Origin: Sphagnum compactum
Taxonomy: Eukaryota
NCBI GenBank assembly: GCA_965153455.1
Contig: OZ234493.1
Location: forward strand, 32,478,213-32,542,212
Reading direction: 5' to 3'
DNA length: 64,000 nt
Shown here: piece after piece, positions 1-13,878 of the stretch
Layout: every line of letters starts with the position of its first letter
Position numbering within the stretch: position 1 is the stretch's first letter
Made by a program: the position numbers and the translations under genes
Notes under the pieces: generated by a model
What the model was told of the DNA's origin: nothing
Seen by the model: the letters and a program-made list of their open reading frames with translations, nothing else
Databases searched by the model: none

Positions 1-1630
1 GGCCCCTTCTCCATCCTTACCATACACATTCAAACTTTCTAGTAATAGGGGACTAAACCTCACACATAGGAATAGGGCTGGTGTCCTCAAGGATTGCACC
101 TTATGTGTAAGGCTTCACATGTTTGTGCCAATTATGGTTTGTGAAGTGCCTCATCTTTTTTATGGAAAAGAAAATTTACCCAAGTCTTTGCACATGATAA
201 TGCCCTTAAATGGGACAAAGCACTCGGGTCCTAGCTCTTGTTGGGCCCCTCCTTTGGGGAGGGGAACGACCCATCCTTGGCCTTATACTACACTTTGGCC
301 CATCCTTTGACCTTTGTTTTATTAATGGTTTGTTACTCAACACAAGGTACCAACATCAGCTCTCATTGGTGCAATGATTCTAACCCTATCGCTTCTTGGA
401 TGAAAATGTAATACATCACTCTTCATGGATGAAAAGAGGTCATCTACATATCACAATTATCCCATGCTTAGACTAGTAAATCAGGGTCCCTGAGTTCAAA
501 TCTAACATTTTTGGGGCGTAATATGGGCCTTTAAGAGAGCTTCATAGAAAAGGTGAAGGTACCGGGCCACTTGGGTGCTCCATTGTATTCTTTGTCCTAT
601 AGCTAACCATGGTGGTTAGATATGAACTAACCATCCACATGCATCTTATGTATCTAGTAGGCACCAAACACCTTACCTACCTACATAGTAACCACTTACA
701 TTACCTACCTACTCACTATGATACTTTACCCATTAAGATAGGTAATCAGTTGGGTATATAGTGTGTTGGAAAAAATTGGGAAATTTTTGGATTTTATTTT
801 TTCTATTGTACATATGACTATTTTTTGCTATTTTTGGGGTGGGGATTTTTTGGGCCAAAAATTTTCAATATAAAAAAAGCCTGCCAAAAAAAAAAGAATT
901 AATCAATTTAATTGACTTAGCATTGATCGGCCGACCATAATGATTGGCCCATGTGATGATGCGATGGCATTCAAGAGTAAGGATAGGGGAACGATTCATT
1001 CGGCACTCCGTCGTATACATGACAAACATCAGTACGAGATGGGGTTTGTGGGTGGGAGATGCTCTTGTTAAGTCATTTTTTCAAGTATGGCCACACTCAC
1101 CAAAACTTGTCTCTATAATTTAAGTTTAAGCATCGTACCTTTGGCAAATATGATGTCGAAGTATTTATTTATTTATTTATTTGAAAAAAATAAAAGGTTT
1201 AACCATCCCAAATTTTTAAATCCAAATATAAAGAGTAGGCCTTTATGTTTTTTATTTGTAATGTTATCCCATCGGGATAGTGGAAAGACTGGGATATTTG
1301 TATAAAATGACCCGGACCAAAGATGATAGAGATTTTATAGCGATTGGACAGCGATCTCTATGTGAATAGAGTGATAAATGTTACCAGTTTTTTTCTTTCT
1401 ATTTTTCCCCCCAATTTTGTGATATCAAAAAAATTTCCAAAATAATAGCAATCTACACTAGGGGAAGAAAAAAAATATTGAGAAAAGAAACAAATTTTGT
1501 CAAAAAAATCACCAACAAGAGAACAAAACCTCAAGCTATAGAGTTCTAGAGATCACTTCCTCTAAAGTTGGCACAACACAAGCCCAACCTAAACCCTAAA
1601 CATTTGAGCAGTCTGAGTCCAAAGAACTAG

Positions 1631-2026
1631 GAGCATCTCTCCAGCTGTGGCCAATATGTGACCCTGCAAGAATATTTCTCACACCCAAGTTCAGTTATTT
1701 TACTTTTTTCCAACCCCATCCATAAAACTAGAACTGGGACTGCAAATAGGTGGGAGACTACTAATAGCAAACCACTTGGACCAATCATTATGATTGTCCA
1801 TTTAGAAACAGGGAGCTGCTGTCAGATCATCATATTCATTACAAACCTCTTCTCTCTCTCGCAGGTGTTAGGTATTTTTTGTGCCTTTTACCCGCCTCAG
1901 CAAATTGTCCAAAAATGAATGCTGGGAGAAAACCATTTTGCTGAGCCAAATCAACATGTTTTGACTTTTCTTCATCCAATGTTAATTTGCAGGTTCACAT
2001 ACTGATGAGCATGGGTGGAGTTGCTC
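1631..2026. mobile_element. MITE with imperfect GAGCA-type TIRs (Tourist/PIF-like)
   Basis: Left end GAGCATCTCTCCAGCTGTGGCCAATATGTGACCCTGCAA aligns with the reverse complement of the right end, GAGCAACTCCACCCATGCTCATCAGTATGTGAACCTGCAA. The TSD is not clean. Confidence 0.6.
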
Positions 2027-2269
2027 TACAAGGTCAATGTTGTGCTTCTTCTCATGACTTCTTATTGATGCCTAGGAGGGTGCCAACCACCTTATAACAA
2101 TGAACAGCTTGCAAAGTCTAACTGAAAGAGGAAGGCGACCTCAACAACTGCCAAACGAGAGAGAGGTCGTACAATGCCCTGCATGAGCTTGCTTAGTTGG
2201 GTGCACATATAGGACAATATAAGGTTCGGCTCTAGTAGGAGGATATTGGGTAGTCCACATGATGAATAT

Positions 2270-2462
2270 GCATTGGCAAGTTGGCAATGCAACCTTGGTG
2301 ATGTGGTCTTGGTGACTTGCCAATTTGGCCTTGGCGATGTGGACTTGATGACTTGACAATGTCGATATGGCAAACTGGTGAAGAAGCTGATGTGCACTTG
2401 ACAACATGGCAAACCAAACTTTGCCCAACAGGTAGTAAAGTTAACTTGGCAAATTAGCCAAG
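2270..2462. repeat. Degenerate tandem repeat rich in TTGGCAA/TTGCCAA words
   Basis: Related units TTGGTGATGTGGTCTTGGTGACTTGCCAAT and TTGGCGATGTGGACTTGATGACTTGACAAT. Confidence 0.6.
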
Positions 2463-3192
2463 CAACCAGTACCTATTCCATACATATTGCAAAGCTCGGA
2501 ATGAACAACTTTTCACACTTGGACTCTTTCAAGGACTTGTTGCATAAAATCAATCCCCCTTAACATGTGAAATGATCCAACTTCCAAGCTACATCCTCCT
2601 CCTCCTCCTCCTCCTCCTACTATGACATCAAAGAAGGATACCCATGTGATGATAATAAGTCTTCACAACCTCCAATTGGGAGCCCTGATTGGGTCACCTT
2701 GGGTGACAACAAGGGCAAGCAAGGCAGGAGGCACTTTTGTTTTTTTGTGTGTCATTCATTCTTCTGTTTTCCAAAGCAAAGAAATTGCAGCTTTTTTTTT
2801 AAAATAAAAAAACAAATTAATTAATTAATTAACTCCAGAGCAACAACAACAACAACACTCTTTCACCTGTTGGACCTTTTGTGTGTCCAGAACAACAAGC
2901 ACATTGATGATGATGAATATGGTACCTGCAGAATGACCTGGGTGCATGGGCCCTCCTCCTCCTCCTCCTCCTCCTCCTCCTGGCACTGTACACACTGCAC
3001 TGTACCCAGCCAGTGGTGGCAGAAAGTGAGCAAACCCATACATAATCTGATCCACCCCTTTTGGGAGCTGCTGCTGCAGCCCAGTGTAGTTAAGTAGCCT
3101 GTTGTGCTCTATATATTGACTTGATAACGGTTCATCGGACTCTTGTTAGCATCTTAAGATAGAGTTGTTACACTAGGTACTCATATATACAG

Positions 3193-3218
3193 TAGGGTTT
3201 AGGGTTTAGGGTTTAGGG
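3193..3218 (+). repeat. Interstitial plant telomeric repeat (TTTAGGG)n
   Basis: TAGGGTTTAGGGTTTAGGGTTTAGGG. Confidence 0.85.
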
Positions 3219-4246
3219 TACTCATATATCAGTAGCACTAAAATGGTCTCTAGCTACAGTGTGATTCCTTTTCCAGCATCATCTCTAACATGTCTTCTCT
3301 CTTAACATGTCTGTCTTCTGATTCGTATCATTTTTAACATGTCGCTCTGATTTGCATAGTGTGTGATTCATTTTTCAGTATTATCTTGAACATGCCTTCC
3401 TTTTGATTCGCATCAATCAAACATGCTTGAAATCTTGTATTTTGTGTGTGACGTAAAATCTTCAATTAGTGATAAAAGTGATCATTCGTGTGTGTTTTGT
3501 GTGTGTGTGTGTGTGTGTGTGTTTTTTTTTTCAATTTTGTAATGTAATTTCATGTAGCAATCATCTGTAAGAATACTTAACCAAATTTGATAATATTCAA
3601 AATTACGAAAATAATAAAATATTAAGCACCTTTCATGTTGTAGGTAGTTGTTGTGGCAAATTTTGCACCCACCCCCAACAACGAAATCTTTCTTTTGGCA
3701 ATTTTCTTTCAAAAAATAGAGAAATTGGGAGAATATGTTTCATTTTCAAAAATAAAAATAAAAATTTTGACAAAGTGGCGGCGAAAATTCACCACCAAAA
3801 AAATCAATGATGATTATGGTGGGTTTAGGCTTGTAAATTGGCAAAATTTTAGGGCATTTGGATTCTCTAACATTTATTTGGATTGCACCCCTTTTGATTA
3901 GTTGGCCATATTGATTGGCCCATAGGGAAGCATTTATTTAAATAGTCTCTAACGCATTATATTGTTCGATTTTTTCATGTTTATGGGTGGGGGGGGGCTA
4001 AGGAAATAATTAACACTCTAATGTTGAAGATGAACACTTGTAGAGGCCCAAAGAAGGAGGGGTGTGGGTGGGTGGGTGGGTGGACCTGTTGTAGGTTCTG
4101 CCTAGTGTGAAAGGGTCCTTTGCTCCCCAGCAATTCTGCACATTCTGTGCACTTGATTCTCTTTGGACCTTTTGTGCAGGTACAAAGTGAATTATTATTA
4201 TTATTATTATTATGATATTTATCTCTTTATTTATTACAATTGTAAG

Positions 4247-4279
<33 letters not shown>

Positions 4280-5860
4280 TTTGCTTGCTTGCTGATGACT
4301 ATCGGCTAAACCCTAAATCATTTGGGCTAAACCTTGATAGGCTGTGAAACCGATGAACCATTTACTTGATGATTGGCCTGCCCCCTTGTGCAAAGCTTAG
4401 GTTAAGTTTTATCAACCGAATAGCCATATCTATTGCCACAAATTGTCAGAAATTCTCATAGAATGAATGGGATTGAAACGGATATTACAACACTAGCTTG
4501 TTCATGTCATTTAACAAGATCAAATAGACAAGGTCCAAATGCAGTGAACGACAACAATCTATAATACCTCAGTAAACCCTAAACCCTAAACCTTGGCAGC
4601 TTCGACAGACACTAGAATTACATTATCTGTTAAAAAATGTTGTAACTTTCTTCCCACCCCCACCCCCCAAAAAAACAAAAAGTGGAAGAAAATAGAGAGA
4701 ATATTTTAAAATATTCAGAAATATTTCCATTTTTCAAAGACATGGAAATTTCAAAATTAATCAATTATTTGACCCAAAAAAATGTTGTTGAAGCTGCCCT
4801 TGTACAAGGCAGGACGTTAGACATACGTTCAAAGCAGCTAGTATTAGGCTGCTGGTTTGGTTGCGGATTATCTAACTATGTGGTCAAGAGTTCAAACCCG
4901 GCTACAAGGAGCAGGACATCAACCCTAAGAACTGTGCAGGACATGAAGCCTAGGAATCGTGCAAGCACTGTAATACTGACTGACACCCGCGGAAGTTCGT
5001 TCTGCGGGTGTGCTTAACATCCTCCATCTGCAAGCACCACCCAACACTAGTTGGATCATGGAAGGCACAATTGATGATGAGTAGAATAATATTGTGTGTA
5101 AGCTTAGTTCCAATGGAAAAAGACAAATGTGATGAAAATGCATCTCAAAAGAAGAGGGGCTACAAAAAATGGAATGGACATTTGTAAATTTTCTCCATTG
5201 TGGAGGCAAAATTGATTCCACAATTTTGGAACATTGGAAGTTGGAACATGAATTCGGCTTTAAGTTTCAGCCATTGAGTTCTTAGCATGTGGGCAACCCA
5301 ATAGAGTGTATGATATTGTAAGGGCTGGGTTGGTGGGTGCTCATTATGCAGAGTTTGTAAACAAACTTCATTTCAAACAAAAAAAAACAAATTGGGTGGT
5401 GGTGCAAATGAATGTAATCATCGTAATCCATTTTGTTGTTAGTGCTGAAATGTGTGGATGGGAAGGAGTTTGGTGTGTTGTATGTTGAAGAGGAACAATA
5501 GAAGTTAGTGACCAATTTAGAACAAATTAGAGGAGAATTGCTTGAGAGAGATGATGCATTGGTTGTCCTAAGTGTTATTCTTGCAATAACATTCTTAACC
5601 ATAGATTTTGCACTTACCTTGAATTGAAGGTGATTTTTTTGCTTAATAGTTTTGTGTTCCCTCTTTTCCAATTGACCTATAGAGAAGGGATTATCACAAC
5701 TCATGGTCTTTTTACCCTCTCAGGTTTGGGTACCATGGTCCTATGGATGACAATCCAAGGCTCATCTTCGTATCCCCAATTATTTTTGTTGTGGGTCACA
5801 ATTCCTTGGACATCAAATTGTTACTATTTTACAAAAAAAAAGTTATTTCTTTTCATTGTA

Positions 5861-6520
5861 ATTAGTGGGCCCCTTGTGCCATTGGCCCAAGTATATTAAA
5901 CCTCTTGTAATGTCACCCATCCCAATATTGTTCTTGTGGAATTGGGCTTTATTTTAAAGTTCTTTCAAAACCTTGCTAATTTAATTATAATTTAAGTTTG
6001 AGAGACAAAATTCACTCTAAATTCAATAACTTCACCTTTGTTGATCAAATAGTTGTGGAAAAAAAAACATGCACATCACATTGTTGAGGACTTTTCAATG
6101 GTACCATAAGTGGAGAGGGAGGCCCATCTAAATAAGCACTCTAAAAAGCCTTCCTTTTTTTTTTTTCTTCTATTCACTTTGTTTTGTTCGACCTTTGGTT
6201 CAACTTCCATTATCTTTTACTAAGCCTTCGTGCTAATGACCCAAGTATATTAAACTTCCTAAGTCACTCATTCCAATTCTATTCCAATTGAAGTGGGTTT
6301 AACCTTAGAGTCCTTACTAACTATAAAAATTTTAATTGATTTTAAAATATCAAAATCATTCTAAATTCAATCATGTTTTCCTTATTTGCCTAGAAATTGC
6401 GAAATAACAAACACACTACTTGTTAAGGTTTTCTAACATTACCAAAAGTTGAATGATGGGCCCATGGTTTAAGAGGTTATGTAGTGTGGTCACATCCAAA
6501 CAAACAAACATCTATATTGG
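5861..6520 (-). mobile_element. Two adjacent diverged copies of a Helitron-like short element, related to 62826-63258
   Basis: Copies at about 5861-6130 and 6219-6520 share GTGC(C/T)A(T/A)TG(G/A)CCCAAGTATATTAAAC and (C/T)CTAAATTCAAT. Their GC-rich end resembles the CTAG-proximal end of the 62826 element, and the second copy ends in CAAACAAACAAAC. Confidence 0.45.
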
Positions 6521-9500
6521 TGGAAGCATGATAAAGTAGAGAAAAAAAGTAGAGATTTCCCACAAATGTATCTTGTATCATGCATATGAAAATAATAAAA
6601 TAACATCAAAATGAATGGAGATATGATAAAAAAAAACCATGGTCCATTCCTTGCCTTTTATTAGAGTTACACTTCCTCAATAGAAAAAAAAAAAAAAAAA
6701 AAGTTGAAAATATCCTAAGAAATGGATGGTAACTTTGTGTGCAAAGAGCCTTCAACACAAAACATTTAATGAAATATATCTTTATATTAGGTTAGGATGG
6801 AAATGTTGTTGCATTTTTAAGGCATTACCAAAATATATTGAAATAAGTTGGAATTTGAACATTAATGCACAATCAAATACAAACATTCTTGATATATAAT
6901 AATTTTATTCAATGGGTTTTGTTATTATTTTATATTTATTTGGAATATCTAATATTTTATTTTATTATGCTTACATTCATCTGAATATATAAATGTATGA
7001 TATTCCCATCTAACATGCTTGCAATTTATCATCTTCCAAAATCCTAACTAATGGGTCAACCCATAAAGTTTTCAAACATGCATGAATTTCAAGATCTTTG
7101 CTTCCATCTCATTATGACTATATCTTGTTTTAGTCTTTTTTAATTTATTCACTACTAAACTTCAAATATTTCAAAAGTTCCTTTTCCCATACCTAACTAA
7201 ACATGTTAGATTACACAAACACCACAAGGAACATACATTTTTAAAAAAATTAATCTCTAATCTTCATGTACATAGATCACCTTTTTTAACGCTTAATTTA
7301 CATTAAGAACTTCAATGTGACAAACTACACATACACAAGATGCTCATCAATTTTCTCTCCAAACTCAACAAAGTTCAATTGCATTAGAAACAAATCATGA
7401 ACAAGTGACAACAATATACATGAATGCTTATTGCACATATATGCAACCATTGTCCCCATTTCTTAATGTTTAATTCTAGTAAATTACTAAGAACACAATA
7501 TTAATGCCAATATTCTGACTTGAACAATCCAAGTCAACCCCTTTTTCACAATGGTTCTAATCTTGTTGTTTGAGCTTTGAATACCTCCAAGTTTCTTAAA
7601 CTCCCATAGGTGACTAAGCGGATTTTTCATAGCAATCCAAAACAATTAAAATATATCAACAAGACAAATATAATTTATACTTTAACTATGCATTTGCATG
7701 ATGCAAACACTTATTCTATATTGTGCAATGCCTTTAAAAATAGCCTCATTAGTTTGATGTTGTTTAAGCCACCATGTGCATCATCTCTATCCAAAAGTCA
7801 TTTTTTTTGCTCTTGAGTGTTTTACGTTTTATTGTATTTATCAAGTGCATTTTGAAAGGTATCTTGCTTTTTAAACTTACACAAAGCCATTATTTGGGGT
7901 GAATTAACCCCTTATTTTGTCATGGTTAATGACTTTCCTTGCACAATGAAGTTAACAATGGTATCATTATCTTCCCAACAAGGGAGTCATTTACATTTTT
8001 TTCAAAAATGAGGTCAATTCAAAATATGGTATTTGTTTATGATTTTGAAAGTAGTTTTTTTAATAATTTAAGAAATAAATTAAGCTCCCAAGAAATCTTG
8101 AAAATATTCATAAATAAACAAGGCATTTTAAAATGTAATTAAAGACATAATTTTATTTCATACATAAATAAATTTTAATATTGATCAATTCTCAAAACTA
8201 CCATTTTTTTAATGAATAAGGGTAAATATTAACATTTATATCATTTTTAATTTGTTAAGAAAAGAATACCCTCCAAACGTAAAGGGTACCCACAAAATAG
8301 AAAGAGTGACCCCCATGATCTAGCCTAAATAGAATCTTGTCCACCACAACAATGTGTAATAACAAACTTGCCAAATACTTGGTGTGGGTGGAATGTTGCT
8401 TTGTAAAACCCAAACTTAAATATCTTAACATTGGAATTACATTTTGCCAATGTACATGCACAAGTTGAACCACCTCATGTACCTACTCGTATTGATAGAG
8501 ATCACAACCATTCAATTCACCTCAAACCTACTTCACAAGATTGATAATCAAATTTGCTCTTAAATTATGCCAATTTATGCCAAACAATAGACATAGCTTA
8601 TGAGATTGCTTGACATCAAAGAAGCTAGGCCTTTGGCAAGTTTGGGGGCAATCTTTGGGTTGGGCATGGTAGCAAAATTTGCCAAGCCTTCATGTTCCTT
8701 AACATAAAAGGATAAAATAAATTTAATAGAATAAATGAATCAATAGGTAAGGTTAATTCTATCGATATGTCAATTTTTTCATTTGGGGATGCCAATAAAA
8801 GCATAGAAATGGCCACTAATTCTTTTTACAAAAACTAAACAATGCATGTAAAGCTCATGTTTTGTGTTAATTAGCAAGGGCACAATATCTATTCAATTAA
8901 AGCCCTTGGTGTCTAGGAATGATAAACTAGTTCAATGGGATCATACTTACACAAACTAATTAGGTAGATTGAAGTAGCCATTATCTCATTCTCACAAAAG
9001 TAGCTATGGGTACAAAAATTTAATAACTTTAATGGCCTATATATTTGAGAATTAAACAAGAATAGGGTTTCATTTGAAATTACAATAATGGTTGGTGTCT
9101 AATTTGCTAACACATTACATTATGTTATATTAACCTACCTAGATTAGATGAATTTTCTAGGTAAACTAAGTGGGTAAGTTTATTTCATGTTTTTCATGTG
9201 TATGTGGGATGGAGTGGTTAAAAAGAATGAGTAACAACATTTTAACCTCTAAAAATTTCTTTAAAAACATTTCCTCTAACATCCAGTGTGGCTCTTATTT
9301 TCTATAGGCTCAAGTGTCATTGCACAAGAGCTTGTGCAAAACCATGTTGCCCCATTATGTGATATGATCTTAACTTGAGTTTATAATGAACTCTCAAAAC
9401 TTATAAGGAAATGTAATTCTTAGGATGAAAACAAGTTGAAAGTTTGATAAGGAATTGGGCTTAATGCAAGTCCAAGATACAGTGAAAACTAAGGAGAGTT

Positions 9501-12500
9501 GAATTCTCATCTAAATAAAAGAGAAAACATGTTAAAATATAAGGGAAACATTAACAATATAGATGCAAGACTCGAATTCTCACTTTGGGAATTAAGATTC
9601 ATGGATGTTCAAAATAAAGTTCAAGTAAGATCAAATCTTGTCCAAATTGAATAATAATAAGATCTTACATGTAGATGAATTGGAAGATACGAATGAAAAA
9701 AATCCAAAATGGGCTTCCATTCTCAAAACAAAGGGAATTGTTTATGAATAAATATGATGGTAGAAGCATCAAAACCCAAATTGTTAAAAAGAGCTTCACC
9801 CACTCAAAGTTCAATCTAAAAAAATGAATCATATTTGATTGAAAATTTTGACACAACATTGGAAAGTTTTGTATGAAGTGTATAAAAAATGGTTTTTTGC
9901 ATGTTTCAATTGATTATGGTTCTTAAGAGTTATGAAAATCCCATGGGACACAAACGTGTCTCACTTTCACAAGTGAGACTTGAAAGTTCTTAAAGGTTTT
10001 ACCACTTCAATGTAATCCCCAATGAGAGTTTCAAAATATACCATAGAAAGATTATCCCCCTTTCATGGGTTCATGTCCTTATGAAGTTCATGAAAATTCA
10101 TGATAAGTCCCAAATGTAATTTGGGCTCAAAATGCCATCAACACCTTCTTCACACAAGCTTTGACTTGTTTATGAACTATGTCAACTCATCCTACTATTC
10201 CCAAAAACATTGTTACTTTGACCTAGTTGTGATGCACTAATGAGCTTGCCTTGAGTTTGTACAATTCCATTGTCACAAAACAATGATTTATCATCTATAC
10301 CATGATGAAGTCCATATGAATTCATGATGAGTCTTGAATTTAGTTTGGGATCAAATATTGAGTAGTAGCACCAAAGTCTGAACCATATTGAGCAAAAGCA
10401 ACTACTTCATGATATTGCGCCAATTCTAATTTTAAGCTACCACATATCTGTTTGCATTAAACACTTTTTCACACTCATCTTGATTTTTTTTAAGTTCTCA
10501 TTCCTTTAACCCATTCATTATTTTCACAATTTTGTTGCTACAAAACAAAAAAACTACCAATCATACCATTTGACAAGTTTGGGGTTGCAGCATTACGTTA
10601 GCTAACAATTATCTTGTGTAAATTAAAGGTCATCAAATGCATAGCAAGGCTACCACTAATTGTTCAACATTAAGGATTAACAACTTAGTCTAATCATGTT
10701 TAGTGATGAGCATGTAATGAATTTGAATTTCATTAGTTTACCTTGATTAAAAAGTGATTTTGGAGATAACTTTCACATGGGACTTGTTTCCTTGATGTTA
10801 CTATATGAACCAACATTGTTTAATGTTTGTTGATTTTTCAAAATGCATTATATTTTGGTGGGTTACTTAGATCATCTCATGTGACCTAAAGGGTTATCTT
10901 GGTCTTAGAATGCACACGATTTTGTTTTTTATTTTTTCCTTGCAATGGGTATGAAACAATGTGATCAAAGATACCCATGATGACAGTCATGTTTTCATGA
11001 TACTACAACATGACAACAATTATCCTTATCCCTAATGTCATGCAAATGAATAGAGTAGACATGAAGAAATTGAGAGGATTGATATTTGAGGTCAATTAGA
11101 GTTTTCAATGAAATTGTTCTAATGCTGGACACACAATTCACCAATTTCATTTTTACTATATCATCTTAGTGTGAATTTGCATTATGCATCTATCCATTAT
11201 ATTGTGTCATCCTTCAAATCTTGAACCTAGTTCCAATTAATTATATTTTCCTTTCCTCCTCCCCCCCTCCTCTATCCATTTTTCACATATAGATGATAGA
11301 TGTTTACAAAACAAGCCACTTTAAACGCTTGTGACGACATATTCTACAAGTTGGTGGATCTTGAATGGAAGCCTACATCTCCCAAAATACCACATTGTAC
11401 ACATCCTAATATACCCTTGTCATCTTTCATGTATACGACGTTGTCTCTTATCGAATTATATCTTCCATTGAAACAAAAATGGTAGGTAGTTCACATTGTC
11501 TCCAATGGCAACATCATGATATCATGGGACATGGGCATTGATCATGTGGGGGGTTGCTGGACCACATTGCATCATGCCCACCACCCTAAGACAAAAAGAG
11601 AGAATAGAAACATGCTCAAGCTGAATCCAAGACAACCCCCTCAACCATCTTTTTGATGTTCTGGTGGCAGTTTGTCTGAAGTGTCAGGCATTTTGAAGAA
11701 GGAGCCACCACTCAAGACCCACACACAGCTCATACAATGTCACAGCCCTCCTCCTCCTCCTCCTTGCTTCTCTATTTGCTAAGGCATTGGATACAATGGT
11801 CCATAATGACATTGGTGAGCGCATTTATCTGTTCCAGTGATCAACTATGACATTGTAGACTTTTGACTCAGAAATGGCCTTGATCTTTGCATTTTGTTTC
11901 ATTGAAAAATAGCCACTAAAATCAAGCAATGCAAGGATCATTAACTTTTGGGGAGCTTTCATTTCAGAGTTGGGAGATGATCAGAGTCCAGACACACAGA
12001 ACACGAGCTCAATCAAGCAGGAAGTTATCAGAGCACACACTTATCAAAAGGGATTCAAATGGAAATGTTCTCCACCCACACACGCTAACATCGAGTGGGT
12101 ATAATAACTATTGTAAAGACCTTGGTCGATTTGTGTTGTGTAGTTGGAGAGCACATTACAGAGTGTTAACTTTCTTCTGCAAAGGGCAGCCATTTCAAAA
12201 ACCATAATGACTTTGCGGGTGTTTTGATTTTCAACACGCTCACCCTCCTCTTTATTTTCTCATAAAATCCACTCGGTGTATTACGGGGGAAAAAAAAATT
12301 AAATTAAATTCCACCCAGGTCTTCCTCCACAGTACCAGGACCGTTTTGCTATGAAATTTTTGAAACTATCCATTACCATGACCATGCTGGTATGTTCAAA
12401 AGAAGTTTATACTGGACCAAAACTGATGATGTCTTATGGGACAAGAACCCAATAAGGTTGTAAGTTGTAACATCCAGCCTCACAGGCAAAGGAAAAATAT

Positions 12501-13725
12501 GAATGTGAATTGAGTGAGAGAGAACACTGCCAAAATCTATCATGTTTGTCTACAGAAACATGACCCAAAGAGGGTTGAGTTGTTATCAGAAGCAATATGA
12601 AAGTCTGACAAATTTGATCAGCAATGCACAGTGACAAGTTTTGAAGGAGAATGAATCCCAGTATCACTTACTTGAGGGCCAAATGGTGTTTGTAGGGTCT
12701 CATGGTCACGCCAGTCAACCAACATATTGATAAAACATAATTCTAAGTTCATGTTCTAGTTAGATCATGGAATACAGTTTAATTGTACTAGAGTTAAAGT
12801 CACCCTCTGTTTCACCCCCTATCTCCTCTGCTTTCGCCCCCCTATCCTCTCTTTCAATGGTATCCACAAAGTAAGGAAATTTTATAGATCCAGGTATGAA
12901 ATGCTGAAACTCAGTATTTAATGCACAAAGTTTCGAGAGCAATTTTAATAGCTGTAAAACGGGTAGGAGCAGTGAAAATATATGTAGCACCAGTGCAAGC
13001 GCTCAGGGAAAAGGAAACACAGGATGATTAACTCAGTTTATCACCAACCAAAATTGGTGGAAAAACTAGTTTTGGGTCCTAGTTATTTCCTTTTGTAAAA
13101 TTTTCATTCCCAGTTACGCATTTGATGCCCTATTATGTCGAAACTGGCGATTCTCGCCCCCCTACTCGCCTGACATTACAAAATAACTCTACTGTCTGAA
13201 ATTTACGATGTATGTGAATCCCCATATTCAGCATCAAAGTTTTTTCTTTTGTGTTTTTCTGGCAGAAGGTCCATTTGCGAATGAGAAACACCATAGTACA
13301 AGAGAAGAATATCAACCTTGCAATAAATAAACAGAACATTTGGTGCAATTTATGTATGTGAGTGACAATTGCTGTTTTAACAATCCCCACCTTGTCCTAA
13401 GCCCCTTATTTCTTGTAACAAGGAGGTAAGGTGCCTTGCGCTTCTATCACCTTCTGATCTACAAATGGTTAGGCTCATCATAATGATCTCTGTAAACATG
13501 CGTAATGTAATTTTAGAGCGTCTTACAAGGCATAATTTTTTCATCACCTTGGAACATAATGTTTCTTGTAAGGAACCATGGAATGTTTGTGTAAGCTAAA
13601 AATCTGGGTCATCCTTATTGTGCAAGGAAATTTGAGTAAGCAAGCGTGTCTGAGCCCTTGGCCATTACCTTGCATTTCAGTGCCTTCCACTATACATAAT
13701 GTTCAGGTTGTCACACTTGTATCAT

Positions 13726-13878
13726 GGGTAAGGCCCCATTGGTGGGTGGGGGCACTCCCCAAATAAGGGCCCTAGGATGATGAGGTGAGGGACATTCCCT
13801 TCATGTGGGGTCACACTTGACTACCACCTAATCCTAGGCCCCTTATTTCATGAGTGCCCCTAACCTGGGGCTTTACCC
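13726..13878. mobile_element. Fold-back MITE-like element
   Basis: GGGTAAGGCCCCA...GGGGCACTC...AAATAAGGGCCCTAGGAT is mirrored by ATCCTAGGCCCCTTATTT...GAGTGCCCC...TGGGGCTTTACCC. Confidence 0.65.

Noticed and set aside
2092..2428. Overlapping minus-strand ORFs of 61-106 aa
   Set aside because: They arise from a degenerate tandem repeat and show no protein family signal.
4921..4928. Possible telomerase RNA template (AACCCTAA)
   Set aside because: No USE/TATA Pol III promoter or pseudoknot was identified, and telomere-like words are frequent in this window.
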